Below, piece by piece: positions 47,458-56,549 of a stretch of 64,000 nucleotides of DNA. The first letter of the stretch is position 1. Each line of letters opens with the position of its first letter. Under the pieces are notes generated by a model, which saw only the letters and a list, made by a program, of their open reading frames with translations, made no database searches and was not told the DNA's origin. Position numbers and translations under genes: made by a program. This DNA comes from an uncultured Victivallales bacterium (GTDB lineage: Bacteria; Verrucomicrobiota; Lentisphaeria; Victivallales; UBA1829): assembly GCA_944390735.1 (NCBI GenBank), contig CALXRL010000052.1, positions 52,143-116,142 of the forward strand, read 5' to 3'.

Positions 47458-47570
47458 GCGGCCGGAGATTTCCTTGTTCCGCCGTTTGGGAAGGGATCCG
47501 ATTCGGCTGCTTCTCTGAACGGCCGGAAATTTACTTGTTCCGCCGTTGGTAGATGGTACCGATGCAGCCG
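47446..47570. repeat. Imperfect ~60-bp tandem duplication across the convergent 3' ends of cls and the secreted hypothetical gene
   Basis: CCGCTTCTCTGAGCGGCCGGAGATTTCCTTGTTCCGCCGTT (from 47446) aligns with CTGCTTCTCTGAACGGCCGGAAATTTACTTGTTCCGCCGTT (from 47506). That is 37 of 41 identical at a 60-nt offset. Weaker similarity continues for about 20 nt. Confidence 0.55.
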
Positions 47571-48229
47571 CCGTTTTTGGTCGGCGAGAATCCGAGGATG
47601 AGCAGCGAGGGCGGATCCTGTTTCAGAAAGACCTCTCCGCTTCCACGCAGCGAATCCTGATGTTCCTTTGTGACACTGTTCCATCCGGCGTTTTTCAGGG
47701 CGGAGGCCAGGATGGGGAGGGTCTGTTCCACTCCGAAATCCGAGGAGAACGCTCCATAGACCGCATTCCGGTTGGGGAATTCCATCACGGCGATCGGCTT
47801 GGCTCCCGGCGGAAGCGGAAAATCCGCGGGCCAGTTCGAGGGCTTGAGCTTCTCCGCCGGCAGATCCATGGAGAATTCTATGGTCGGATAGATCCCTTCG
47901 ATCGAGAGCAGATAGAGACGGCGCCGGATGCCGTTCTTCCGTTTGATTTCCACCAGCAGGGAGTTCGCGTTTGCCGCGAACCGGGCGTCCGGATAGAGCT
48001 TTCGGAGATTTTTATAGCAGACATCCAGAGGATTCCGGACCAGCGAGACGCCCATTTCCAGCGAGTGCCCGTCCACCACGACTTTTTCGGACCAGAGACG
48101 GGCGGGGTTCAGCGCCTCCTGCCTGTCGCCTCCTTCGCCGGAGGAGAACGGCCAGAGCGAAAAGACCTCCGCCGACAGCGGAAGCGCAAATCCGACAGCT
48201 GTCAGAAAAAGAATCGCGGGCAGTTTCAT
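47531..48229 (-). CDS. Secreted hypothetical protein
   Basis: Signal peptide MKLPAILFLTAVGFALPLSAEV. GGAGAG lies 8 nt upstream of ATG 48229. I recognised no family. Confidence 0.6.
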   Translation of the reverse strand: MKLPAILFLTAVGFALPLSAEVFSLWPFSSGEGGDRQEALNPARLWSEKVVVDGHSLEMGVSLVRNPLDVCYKNLRKLYPDARFAANANSLLVEIKRKNGIRRRLYLLSIEGIYPTIEFSMDLPAEKLKPSNWPADFPLPPGAKPIAVMEFPNRNAVYGAFSSDFGVEQTLPILASALKNAGWNSVTKEHQDSLRGSGEVFLKQDPPSLLILGFSPTKNGGCIGTIYQRRNK

Positions 48230-48332
48230 CGTTTGGCTCTCCATGGAAAAATTGATGCTTCCGGGAACAATAGCACTGTTTTTTTCGTTTGCAACTTCTC
48301 TTGCGAAATTTGGGTGTTCGGGAGGAAAAGGG

Positions 48333-48602
48333 TCAGCGGCGGTATCCGGTTTCCCTTCCTGCGGTCTGCCGGTTCCGGACCGCCTGGATCCAGTGGGAGA
48401 TCAGGGGCGAGAGAATGAAGTCCTCCAGATCGTTGCTGAATTCCAGTTTCGTATTGCAGTAGGGACAGGTGGAAAACGCTTCGATGTCCGCGGGCAGCAG
48501 CTGTTCTCCGCAGGTCGGACAGATCAGAAGTTTTTCTTCCGGATTGCCCGCGGGATCGGGATGAACATATTGGTATTTCGATGTGGTCTGCTGTTTTGTC
48601 AT
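48333..48602 (-). CDS. Small zinc-ribbon protein (hypothetical)
   Basis: 89 aa with CPTC...CPYC (a CxxC-x16-CxxC pattern). There is no obvious Shine-Dalgarno. Confidence 0.45.
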   Translation of the reverse strand: MTKQQTTSKYQYVHPDPAGNPEEKLLICPTCGEQLLPADIEAFSTCPYCNTKLEFSNDLEDFILSPLISHWIQAVRNRQTAGRETGYRR

Positions 48603-48707
48603 GAGGAAAAGATAACGTGCATTGGGATAAAATCAACCGGAAAAGCGTATTTTTCCGCGGAAGGGAACGCTCCCGCGGTCTTTCGGGGACCGCGGGACGG
48701 GGAACGG

Positions 48708-49976
48708 TCAGACGAGCACGATCCGTTTCAGATTCTTTTTCCCGGCCTTCAGAATGAGGGCTCCGTCCTGGAAATCGGCCGCGGTCACGGTGCAGTCGGC
48801 GCTTTCGATGCGGCGGTCCCCGAGATAGGCGCCTCCGCCCTGAATGAGACGGCGCGCATCGCCGTTGGATTTGCAGAGACCGGAATCGGCAAGCAGTTTG
48901 ACGATCCAGATCCCCTCCGCAGGCAGGGCGAGATGATAGGTCGGCAGATCATCAAGACCGGCGGATGCGTCGGGTTTGACCTCGCGGATCCGGCTGGAGG
49001 TCGGGATGGAGCCGTCCTTGTCGGCGAATCCGAACTTGGTGCAGGCGGCGAGATACGCCCTGGCCGCCTCGTCAAATCCGTGGGCAAGCGAGGTGGCCTC
49101 GAAGGCGAGCACCTCTTTCGCGCGGTTGATGGACGCGCTGCACAGGGACTGAATCTCATCCAGCGGGAGCGCGGTGAAATAGCCCATGAGTTTCCGGACA
49201 TCGGCGTCATCGACATTGCGCCAGAACTGATAGTAGTCGAAGACGCTGGTCTTGTTTTTGTCGAGCCAGACGGCTCCGCCGACGGATTTTCCGAACTTTT
49301 TCCCCTGACTGTTCAGCAGCAGCGGCATGGTCAGTCCATGCACCTCCTGCTGGGAGAGGCGGCGGACCAGGTCGATGCCCGCTGCGATATTTCCCCACTG
49401 ATCCTGTCCGCCGAGTTCGAGCGTGCAGCTGTAGTCGCGGTTCAGAATGTAGTAGTCATATGACTGGAGAAGCATGTAGCTGAACTCCATGAAGGTGATT
49501 CCGGTTTCCATCCGCAGCTTGACGGATTCCGCGGTCAGCATTTTGTTGACGCTGAATTTGGAGCCGATGTCACGGAGAAAATCGAGATATTTCATTTCGC
49601 CGAGCCAGTCGAGGTTGTTGGCCATGATGACGTTGTCATAGGGCAGGAAGCGCTTGAGCTGTTCGCCGATTGCGGCGCAGTTCTGTGCCACTTTCTCCCT
49701 GGTCAGGATCGGTCTTGCCTCCTGTTTTCCGGAGGGATCGCCGACCAGTCCGGTTGCTCCGCCGACGAGGGCGATGGGGCGGTGTCCCGCCTTCTGAAGC
49801 CAGCGCATCGCCATGACGGGAAGCAGGTGGCCCACATGGAGACTGTCTCCGGTCGGATCGAAGCCCACATAATAAGTGATCGGACCCTCGGACAGAGCTT
49901 TTGCAAGTGCTTTCTCGTCGGTCGACTGATAGACGAAACCGCGAGCCTTCAGATCTTCCCATAGATTTGCTGACAT
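48708..49976 (-). CDS. tyrS: Tyrosine--tRNA ligase
   Basis: HIGH-type motif (GDSLHVGHLLP), the KMSKS-type motif KFGKS, and a C-terminal S4 domain. Confidence 0.97.
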   Translation of the reverse strand: MSANLWEDLKARGFVYQSTDEKALAKALSEGPITYYVGFDPTGDSLHVGHLLPVMAMRWLQKAGHRPIALVGGATGLVGDPSGKQEARPILTREKVAQNCAAIGEQLKRFLPYDNVIMANNLDWLGEMKYLDFLRDIGSKFSVNKMLTAESVKLRMETGITFMEFSYMLLQSYDYYILNRDYSCTLELGGQDQWGNIAAGIDLVRRLSQQEVHGLTMPLLLNSQGKKFGKSVGGAVWLDKNKTSVFDYYQFWRNVDDADVRKLMGYFTALPLDEIQSLCSASINRAKEVLAFEATSLAHGFDEAARAYLAACTKFGFADKDGSIPTSSRIREVKPDASAGLDDLPTYHLALPAEGIWIVKLLADSGLCKSNGDARRLIQGGGAYLGDRRIESADCTVTAADFQDGALILKAGKKNLKRIVLV

Positions 49977-50167
49977 CGTTTCACCTTATTATGTTGATTG
50001 TTTGGAGAATCAATAATATAAAGCCCTTTCGGGAAAGAAACAAGTCTTTTTCTGTATTTTCATCGGGAATTCCGGGACTCCCTCTGGATTTTCCGCATCC
50101 TTTTGCGTCATTTCCCGTGCGGGAAGGACGAGGCGCCACGGGGAAGGAATCCGGAGGGGAGGAGTCT

Positions 50168-52096
50168 TTATTCCTTGATTTCCAGAATGAGCATGGTGAC
50201 ATCGTCGGACTGTTCGGTGTCGCCGGCGAATTCGCGGACGCTGTCCATCACCCGTTTCAGGTCGCCGCGCAGATGCGTCTGCTTGCAGGCGGCGCGGTTC
50301 ATGACGGCGAGCAGACGTTTTTCTCCGAAGATTTCGCCCTTGCTGTTGACCGCTTCGGTGACGCCGTCGGTGTAGCAGAAGAGGCGGTCGCCCTTCCGGA
50401 GACGGAGTTTTCTTGCATGATATTCGCGGTTTTCCTGAATGCCGAGCGCGAATCCCTTGTCGAGCCGGAGCCAGTCGTAGAAGGTGCCTTCGCGCTTGAG
50501 AAGGGGCGGATTATGTCCGCCGTTGACATAGTGCAGAACCTTTGTGCTCAGATCGTAGATGCCGAAGAACATGGTCACGAACATGCAGACGTCGTTGTTT
50601 TCGCAGAGGGCCTTGTTGGTGCGTTCGATAATTTTGGCTGCGCCGTATCCGCTGAGGGCGTTGTTCTTGAGGGTTGTCTTTGCGCTCATCATGAACATGG
50701 CGGCGGGGATGCCCTTTCCGGAGACGTCGGCAATGACGAAGGCGATGCGGTTGGGATCGATCATGAAAAAGTCGTAGAAGTCGCCGGCGACCTCCTTGGC
50801 CGCGTGCATTTCGGCATAGAGGTCGAACTGTTCGATTTTGTCCGGGAAGGGGGGAAAGCGGTTGGGAAGAATGTCGCGCTGGATCTGGGCGGCGACTTCC
50901 AGTTCGCTGGTGATCCGTTCCCGGGAGGAGGTCTCTTTGGCAAGACGGTCGATATACTCCTTGAGATTGTCGGACATCCGGTTGAAGGTGCGCGCAAGCG
51001 ATCCGATTTCATCCTTCGACGATTCGGAAATGCGATGGTCCAGATTCCCCTGACCGAGGCGTGTGATCTCGCGCATCAGATTGCGGATGGGCGCGGTGAT
51101 GTAGCGCGAAACGATAATCAGTGCGCAATAGAGCATCAGCAGCGAGAAGGTCACAAAAAGCGTGACAAAGATCCTGTTGTGCAGATTGATGAGCGCGAAG
51201 AGTTCCGCCGCCGGCACCTGCACGGAGAGCATCATGCCGTTGCGGAGAACGCGGGCGAAGGAGTAGTACTGCGCCCCGTGAAGTTTGAACGGAATGACGG
51301 CGACTTCCGATTTGGTCGCCTTTTTCAGATTCCGGTACCAGGGGGCGTAGCGGAGGGAGCGTCCGGTCATTTTTTCGCTCCGGCCCGGACTGTACGTGTT
51401 GGCCAGAATGTAGTCGTGTTCCGGATCGCACATGAAAACGAAGCTGTTGCCGGTGGGTTTGATCTGTGTGATGGCCCGGATGACGTTCTGAAGCCGCCAG
51501 TCGATGGTGGCCAGTCCCACGCGTTCCCCTTCGGCGTTGTAGATGCCGGTTCCGACGGTGATGACAAGGGATTTGGTGCCTTCGGTGTCCAGATAGGGCG
51601 GCGACCATTTCACATCACCGCGTTTTTTCAGTCCCCGGATGAGGAGGCGGTACCAGCTCTGCTGAAGATAGCTGGTGATTTCCATGCTGTAATGACTGTC
51701 CAGCATCGGAATGCTGCTGTTGCTGCGGCAGGCGTAGAAGCTGACCGCCTTGCGCGAGGGATCCAGACGGTACGGATCGAACCAGATGCCTCCGCCCGCC
51801 GCGGTCGGAAACGTGCGGATGTTGTTCAGGACAATCGTGTTGCCGATTTTCTGCGAGCGGTCGGTGTAGAGATAGAAGACCGATCCGGCATTCGCCAGCG
51901 AGAGCGCATCCTGTTCCATTTCCGTGATGTACGTATTGATGCGTTCGCTTTTGTACTGCACGGTCGCCGCCAGTTCGTTGATCCGCAGTTTCCGGTAGTT
52001 GGTGGTCGTGTTGACCGCGTAGAAACTGAAGGCAAAGCTCATGATGAGCAGAAACGAGATGACAACAAGAAAAATTTTAGCCCGGATGGAACGCAT
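50168..52096 (-). CDS. Membrane sensor phosphatase with Cache-like ectodomain, HAMP and PP2C/SpoIIE domains (RsbU-like)
   Basis: TM segment (IFLVVISFLLIMSFAFSFYAV), a periplasmic Cache-like region and a second TM segment. HAMP (ITAPIRNLMREITRLGQGNLDHRI). PP2C motifs (GDFYDF, VIADVSGKGIPAAMFM, GGHNPP, YTDGVTEA). Confidence 0.85.
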   Translation of the reverse strand: MRSIRAKIFLVVISFLLIMSFAFSFYAVNTTTNYRKLRINELAATVQYKSERINTYITEMEQDALSLANAGSVFYLYTDRSQKIGNTIVLNNIRTFPTAAGGGIWFDPYRLDPSRKAVSFYACRSNSSIPMLDSHYSMEITSYLQQSWYRLLIRGLKKRGDVKWSPPYLDTEGTKSLVITVGTGIYNAEGERVGLATIDWRLQNVIRAITQIKPTGNSFVFMCDPEHDYILANTYSPGRSEKMTGRSLRYAPWYRNLKKATKSEVAVIPFKLHGAQYYSFARVLRNGMMLSVQVPAAELFALINLHNRIFVTLFVTFSLLMLYCALIIVSRYITAPIRNLMREITRLGQGNLDHRISESSKDEIGSLARTFNRMSDNLKEYIDRLAKETSSRERITSELEVAAQIQRDILPNRFPPFPDKIEQFDLYAEMHAAKEVAGDFYDFFMIDPNRIAFVIADVSGKGIPAAMFMMSAKTTLKNNALSGYGAAKIIERTNKALCENNDVCMFVTMFFGIYDLSTKVLHYVNGGHNPPLLKREGTFYDWLRLDKGFALGIQENREYHARKLRLRKGDRLFCYTDGVTEAVNSKGEIFGEKRLLAVMNRAACKQTHLRGDLKRVMDSVREFAGDTEQSDDVTMLILEIKE

Positions 52097-52098
52097 TG

Positions 52099-52506
52099 CT
52101 ACACCATCAGAGTTGTGATGTTGCAGCAATTGCGGTATTCATATTTCATGGATTCGGATTTTTCCTGTACGAGCAGCAGTCCGAGCCCGCCGACGGCGCG
52201 CTTCTCTATGGAGAGCGTGGTGTCGATCTTTTCGACGCGGGAGGGATCGAAGGGACGGGCGTTGTCTTTGATCTGGAGCGTGATCCGGTTGGTTTCGGTG
52301 TCGGCGGAAAGACGGATGAAAATTTCAATTTTCCCGCCGCCTCCGTATTTCTGCGTGTTCGTGACCAGCTCCTCGACGATCAGTTCAATGGTGAAGAGTT
52401 TGTTCTGAGGAAGACGGTGCGTCGCGAAGAACGATTCCAGATTCCGGTTGAACGGGATGAAATCGAACTCCCCGGCGGACACGTGAAATGTGAATTCTGC
52501 TGTCAT
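52099..52506 (-). CDS. Anti-sigma-factor-type Ser kinase (RsbW/SpoIIAB-like HATPase)
   Basis: 135 aa. EELVTNTQKYG is the N box, and DNARPFDP...GGLGLLLV are the G boxes. Its stop lies 2 nt before the phosphatase start. Confidence 0.75.
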   Translation of the reverse strand: MTAEFTFHVSAGEFDFIPFNRNLESFFATHRLPQNKLFTIELIVEELVTNTQKYGGGGKIEIFIRLSADTETNRITLQIKDNARPFDPSRVEKIDTTLSIEKRAVGGLGLLLVQEKSESMKYEYRNCCNITTLMV

Positions 52507-52642
52507 GAGGCTCTTTCCTTCCTGCGGTGACTTGTGAATTATTATAACTCCGTTGCGGGAATAGTCAAGTCCGCGGGCGATTTTCCCGCGATTCTTTCCG
52601 GCGCATTTCTCTTCCGGGCGGAAAAATCTCGGAGGTTCCGAC

Positions 52643-52670
52643 TTGACGGAAGGGGTTTCCGTGATACATT
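52643..52670 (+). promoter_or_regulatory. Candidate promoter of the lipid-biosynthesis operon
   Basis: TTGACG (52643-52648), a 16-nt spacer, then TACATT (52665-52670), ending 49 nt upstream of ATG 52720. Confidence 0.4.
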
Positions 52671-52719
52671 AATTTTGTCGTTTTCAGCAGGGGGGAGAAT
52701 CGGTTGGGAGAGATGAAAC

Positions 52720-53442
52720 ATGGGAAAAACAGCGCTGGTGATCGGCGCCGGACGGGGAATCGGAAAAGCGATCGCCCTGCGCCTGGCGCGCGATGGATTT
52801 GATCTGGTGGGAACTGCCAGTCGCGATGCGGCGTCGCTGGCGGAGGTGAGAAAAGGAACGGAGGAGGCGGGAAGACGGTTCACGGGACTGGTCTTTTCCG
52901 TGGAGGACCGCGCCGCCGCGGCGGAGGCGCTGACCGGCTGTTTCGGGGAGGATGCGCCGGAGGTGATCGTTTACAATGCGGGAATTGCGCGGGACAATCT
53001 GTTTGTGTTCATGTCGCCGGAGGAGTGGGACGCGGTGATCCGGACGAATCTGGACGGATTTTACAACACGGTCCAGCCGCTCCTGATGGGGATGATGGCG
53101 CGCCGCAGCGGGCGGATCGTGGCGATCAGCAGCGCTTCGGGACAGACGGGTCAGGGGGGACAGGTCAATTATTCCGCCTCGAAAGCGGGGCTGATCGGCG
53201 CGGTGAAAGCGCTGGCGCGGGAGGTCGGGCGCAAGAACATTCTGGTCAACGCGGTGGCGCCCGGATTCATTGAAACGGCCATGACGGCCGATCTGCCGCG
53301 GGAGAAAATCCTGCCGCTGATTCCGCTGAACCGGTCCGGACATCCGGAGGAGGTGGCGGGTGTGGTGTCGTTTCTCTGCGGTCCCGACTCCGCCTATATT
53401 CAGGGACAGGTGCTGGCGGTCAACGGCGGACTTGTCATGTAA
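52720..53442 (+). CDS. 3-oxoacyl-ACP reductase (SDR; FabG/ApeQ-like)
   Basis: TALVIGAGRGIGKAIA (TGxxxGxG), NAGI, the YSASKAG catalytic YxxxK, and NAVAPGFIET. Confidence 0.9.
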   Translation: MGKTALVIGAGRGIGKAIALRLARDGFDLVGTASRDAASLAEVRKGTEEAGRRFTGLVFSVEDRAAAAEALTGCFGEDAPEVIVYNAGIARDNLFVFMSPEEWDAVIRTNLDGFYNTVQPLLMGMMARRSGRIVAISSASGQTGQGGQVNYSASKAGLIGAVKALAREVGRKNILVNAVAPGFIETAMTADLPREKILPLIPLNRSGHPEEVAGVVSFLCGPDSAYIQGQVLAVNGGLVM

Positions 53443-53460
53443 GGCAGTTGGAGAGATCTG

Positions 53461-54954
53461 TTGGAAAAGGAATACGATTATCTGGTGGTCGGCAGCGGCG
53501 TGACCGGAATGACGATCAGTCTGCTGCTGGCCGACTGCGGTTTCCGGGTGCTGCTGCTGGAAAAGAGTGCGGTGATCGGCGGAAGCATGCAGCGTTTCCA
53601 CCGGTGCGGAATTCCGTTTGACACGGGGTTCCATTTTACGGCGGCGCTGACCGGCTGCATGGGGGACATGGTGCGGATGCTGAAGTTTTCTCCCGGACTT
53701 GAAACGATTCCGATCCGGACGAATTTGTATCTGGCGGACCGGAAGAAACTGTTTCATCTTCCGCGGGGGCGTTCCCGGGTGCGCGACTATTTCTGTTCGC
53801 TGTATCCGGCGGAGGCGGAGAAGATCCGGCGCTATTTCGAGACCGAGAAGCGGATCTTTGAAAACACGCCGCTCTTCAATCTGCGGGAGGACGGGTTTGC
53901 CATGTCCGGAATCCAGCAGGAGGATTTTCTCTCTTTGAAGACGTATCTGGATTCGCTTGGCATATCCGGGGAGGTGCGCAGTCTTCTTGCCAGTTTCACG
54001 AGCTGTCACGGGACTCCCTGCGGGGAGATCTCCCTGGCGAATCACTGCCGGGTGAGTTTCGGTTTGCTGGATGACCTGGTGCGGGTGAAAGGCAGCGGGG
54101 GAGCGTTTGTCGAGGCGTTCCGGAGACGCGCGGCGGAGCTGGGAATCGAGATCCGGACGCGCTGCACGATCGAAGAGTGCATTCCTTCGGAGCGTCTCCG
54201 CTGTCACAGGGTTCATCTGACGGATGGAAGCACGGTTTCGTTCCGGGACTGCGTCATGACGATTCATCCTCTTGCGGTGGCGGAACTTCTGCCGGAGCGG
54301 TTCCGTTCGGGACTCTTTCTGGAGCGGATTCGGGAATTTGAGGAGGGGTGCGGCTTTTTCACGCTGTTCGGCGTTCTGGAGGGTCCGTGTGAAACGTTCC
54401 GTCAGGAGCTGACCTCCAGTTTTTCGACCTCGGACATCGACAAGGTCATGACGCCGGATCACCCGGACGCCACGGCGACCGGCATCATGCTGACGGAGGA
54501 GACCGGGCTCGACGGCGCGCAATACCGGACCGTGACCGCGTTCGAAAACGTGTTCGCTCCCGAAACGGCGCAGTGGAATGCAACGCGCACGGGAAGGCGG
54601 GGAACGGAATATGACCGCTACAAGCAGCGGAAGGTCCGGGAGATGGAACGGAAGATCTATGAACTCTATCCGGAGTTTGAAGGGAGGCTTCGCATTCTGG
54701 ATTCGGCGTCGATGCTGACGTACCGGGATTATCTTTCGCCCTGCGGTTCCGCGTATGGGATCCGTCAGAAGATGGGGCAGCACAATCTGTTCGGGAAACT
54801 GCCGATCCGCAATTTTTATGTCGCGGGACAGAGTGCGCTTCTTCCGGGGGCGATGGGGGCGATGCTTTCGGCGTTTGTGATCTGGCGGAAGATGGTCGGA
54901 GAGAAGCTCTATCTTCGGAAAATCAACGAGGTTGCGGAAAGGGACGAGCCATGA
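53461..54954 (+). CDS. NAD(P)/FAD-dependent oxidoreductase, phytoene-desaturase (CrtI)-like
   Basis: YDYLVVGSGVTGMTISLLLADCGFRVLLLEKSAVIGGS. The C-terminus has the FYVAGQSALLPGAMGAMLSA FAD-binding tail. TTG start with GGAGAG 7 nt upstream. Confidence 0.8.
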   Translation: MEKEYDYLVVGSGVTGMTISLLLADCGFRVLLLEKSAVIGGSMQRFHRCGIPFDTGFHFTAALTGCMGDMVRMLKFSPGLETIPIRTNLYLADRKKLFHLPRGRSRVRDYFCSLYPAEAEKIRRYFETEKRIFENTPLFNLREDGFAMSGIQQEDFLSLKTYLDSLGISGEVRSLLASFTSCHGTPCGEISLANHCRVSFGLLDDLVRVKGSGGAFVEAFRRRAAELGIEIRTRCTIEECIPSERLRCHRVHLTDGSTVSFRDCVMTIHPLAVAELLPERFRSGLFLERIREFEEGCGFFTLFGVLEGPCETFRQELTSSFSTSDIDKVMTPDHPDATATGIMLTEETGLDGAQYRTVTAFENVFAPETAQWNATRTGRRGTEYDRYKQRKVREMERKIYELYPEFEGRLRILDSASMLTYRDYLSPCGSAYGIRQKMGQHNLFGKLPIRNFYVAGQSALLPGAMGAMLSAFVIWRKMVGEKLYLRKINEVAERDEP

Positions 54955-56201
54955 GCGGAAGCGGAAGAAGACGAGTGGTGATTACGGGAGCGGGAGTGGT
55001 CTCTTCGCTGGGCGCCACGCCGGAGGAGTTGTATGAGAATCTTGCCGCGGGCTGGTGCGGTGTGCGGCGGATGAGCGAATGGAAGGAGACGTCCGCTCCG
55101 CTGGCGGCTCCGGCGGTCCTGAGGGAGAATGTGGAGAAGACGATTCCCCGGATTTTCCGCCGCTCCATGGGACGGGTGGGACTGTATTCGGCGCTGGCGG
55201 CACGGGCCGCGGCGGAGGATGCGGAGCTTTCCGGGGAGTTCCTGGCGGGCGGGGAGTGCGGATGCGTCATCGGATCCACAATGGGCGGATCCGGAAGCAT
55301 TGCCGAGACGTTCCGTCTGCTGCTTTCGGGCAGGGGGGAGGAGATTCCGGCGACGCAGTTTTTCAAATGCGTCTCCCATACGGCGTCGTTCAATGCGGCG
55401 AATCTGCTTCGGATCTGCGGGGTGGTGGAGTCGCCGTCGGCGGCATGCGCATCGGGGCTTCAGGCGGTGGGGCTGGCGCGCGATCTGATCGCGGGGGGCG
55501 TGCAGAAGGCGGTGATCTGCGGCGGGGCGGAGGAGCTCTCGCCGGAGGTGAACGCCTCGTTTGATCTGATCTACGCTTCCGCGAACGCCGCGGAGGGGGA
55601 GAGCCGGGAGGAAAAAACAACCGGGGAGCCGCGCCCGTTTGACGCCGCGCGGCGCGGACTGGTCTGCGGAGACGGCGCGGGAATTCTGGTTCTGGAGGAG
55701 CTGGAACATGCTCTGGCGCGCGGGGCGCGGATCTATGGGGAGGTGATCGGGTTTGCCACCTGCGGATGCGGATCGGGATTGAGTCAGTCGGATGCGTCGG
55801 CGATTCTGCGCTGTCTGGAACTGGTGTGCCGGGATGCGGGGATCGCTCCGGAAGCGATCGACTATGTCAGCGCCCATGCGACGGCAACCGTGCAGGGGGA
55901 CCGCGAAGAGGCGGCCGCATTGCGGACCTTTTTCGGAGCCCGGGTTCCGGTGAGCAGTCTGAAGGGGCATCTCGGGCATACGCTCGGAGCGTCCGGGGCG
56001 CTGGAACTGATTGTTTCCCTGCTGATGATGCGGCGTTCGGAAATTCTGCCGACACTGCATCTGGAACAGATTGCGGAGGATTGCGGAGGGCTTGATCTTC
56101 CCCGGGAGATCCGTCGGCGCGAAATCGGGGTTTTCCTGAAAAACTGCTTTGCTTTTGGCGGGATCAATGCTACATTACTTTGTTCAAAATTCAAGAGATA
56201 G
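54951..56201 (+). CDS. Beta-ketoacyl-ACP synthase (KAS I/II type; ApeO/ApeR-like)
   Basis: RVVITGAGVVSSLG, active-site Cys in PSAACASG, and His residues in SAHATAT and GHLGHTLGASG. The ATGA start overlaps the upstream stop. Confidence 0.92.
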   Translation: MSGSGRRRVVITGAGVVSSLGATPEELYENLAAGWCGVRRMSEWKETSAPLAAPAVLRENVEKTIPRIFRRSMGRVGLYSALAARAAAEDAELSGEFLAGGECGCVIGSTMGGSGSIAETFRLLLSGRGEEIPATQFFKCVSHTASFNAANLLRICGVVESPSAACASGLQAVGLARDLIAGGVQKAVICGGAEELSPEVNASFDLIYASANAAEGESREEKTTGEPRPFDAARRGLVCGDGAGILVLEELEHALARGARIYGEVIGFATCGCGSGLSQSDASAILRCLELVCRDAGIAPEAIDYVSAHATATVQGDREEAAALRTFFGARVPVSSLKGHLGHTLGASGALELIVSLLMMRRSEILPTLHLEQIAEDCGGLDLPREIRRREIGVFLKNCFAFGGINATLLCSKFKR

Positions 56202-56254
56202 AGCTGGAACAGCTGACGCGTTTCCGCGCGGCGGCAGAGTGCGAAAGACCGATT

Positions 56255-56539
56255 ATGACAAGAGAAGAAATTGTAAATGCTGTGAATTCGACCTTTACCG
56301 AGATGCTGGAGGTGCCGGCGGAGGAGCTTTCTCCGGAAAAAGAGATCTTCAAGGATCTCGGACTTGACAGTCTGGATATGGTGGACCTGATGATCGGACT
56401 TCAGCGGAAATTCGGAATCTCCCTGCGTCAGAACGAGGAGATCCGGAAGATTGTGACGCTGGGGGATGTGTACGCGTTCTTTGAGAAGCTGGAGGCGAAA
56501 CGCCGGGAATCGGCCGCCTCCTCCTCCGGCGGGGAGTGA
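56255..56539 (+). CDS. Acyl carrier protein
   Basis: FKDLGLDSLDMVDLMIGLQRKFG carries the DSL phosphopantetheine site. 94 aa from ATG 56255. Confidence 0.9.
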   Translation: MTREEIVNAVNSTFTEMLEVPAEELSPEKEIFKDLGLDSLDMVDLMIGLQRKFGISLRQNEEIRKIVTLGDVYAFFEKLEAKRRESAASSSGGE

Positions 56540-56549
56540 CGCGGGGACC

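Noticed and set aside
49977-50167. A T-box riboswitch leader upstream of tyrS.
   Set aside because: The leader is short (about 190 nt) and lacks the conserved T-box sequence and specifier architecture. Only a weak promoter-like site was seen.
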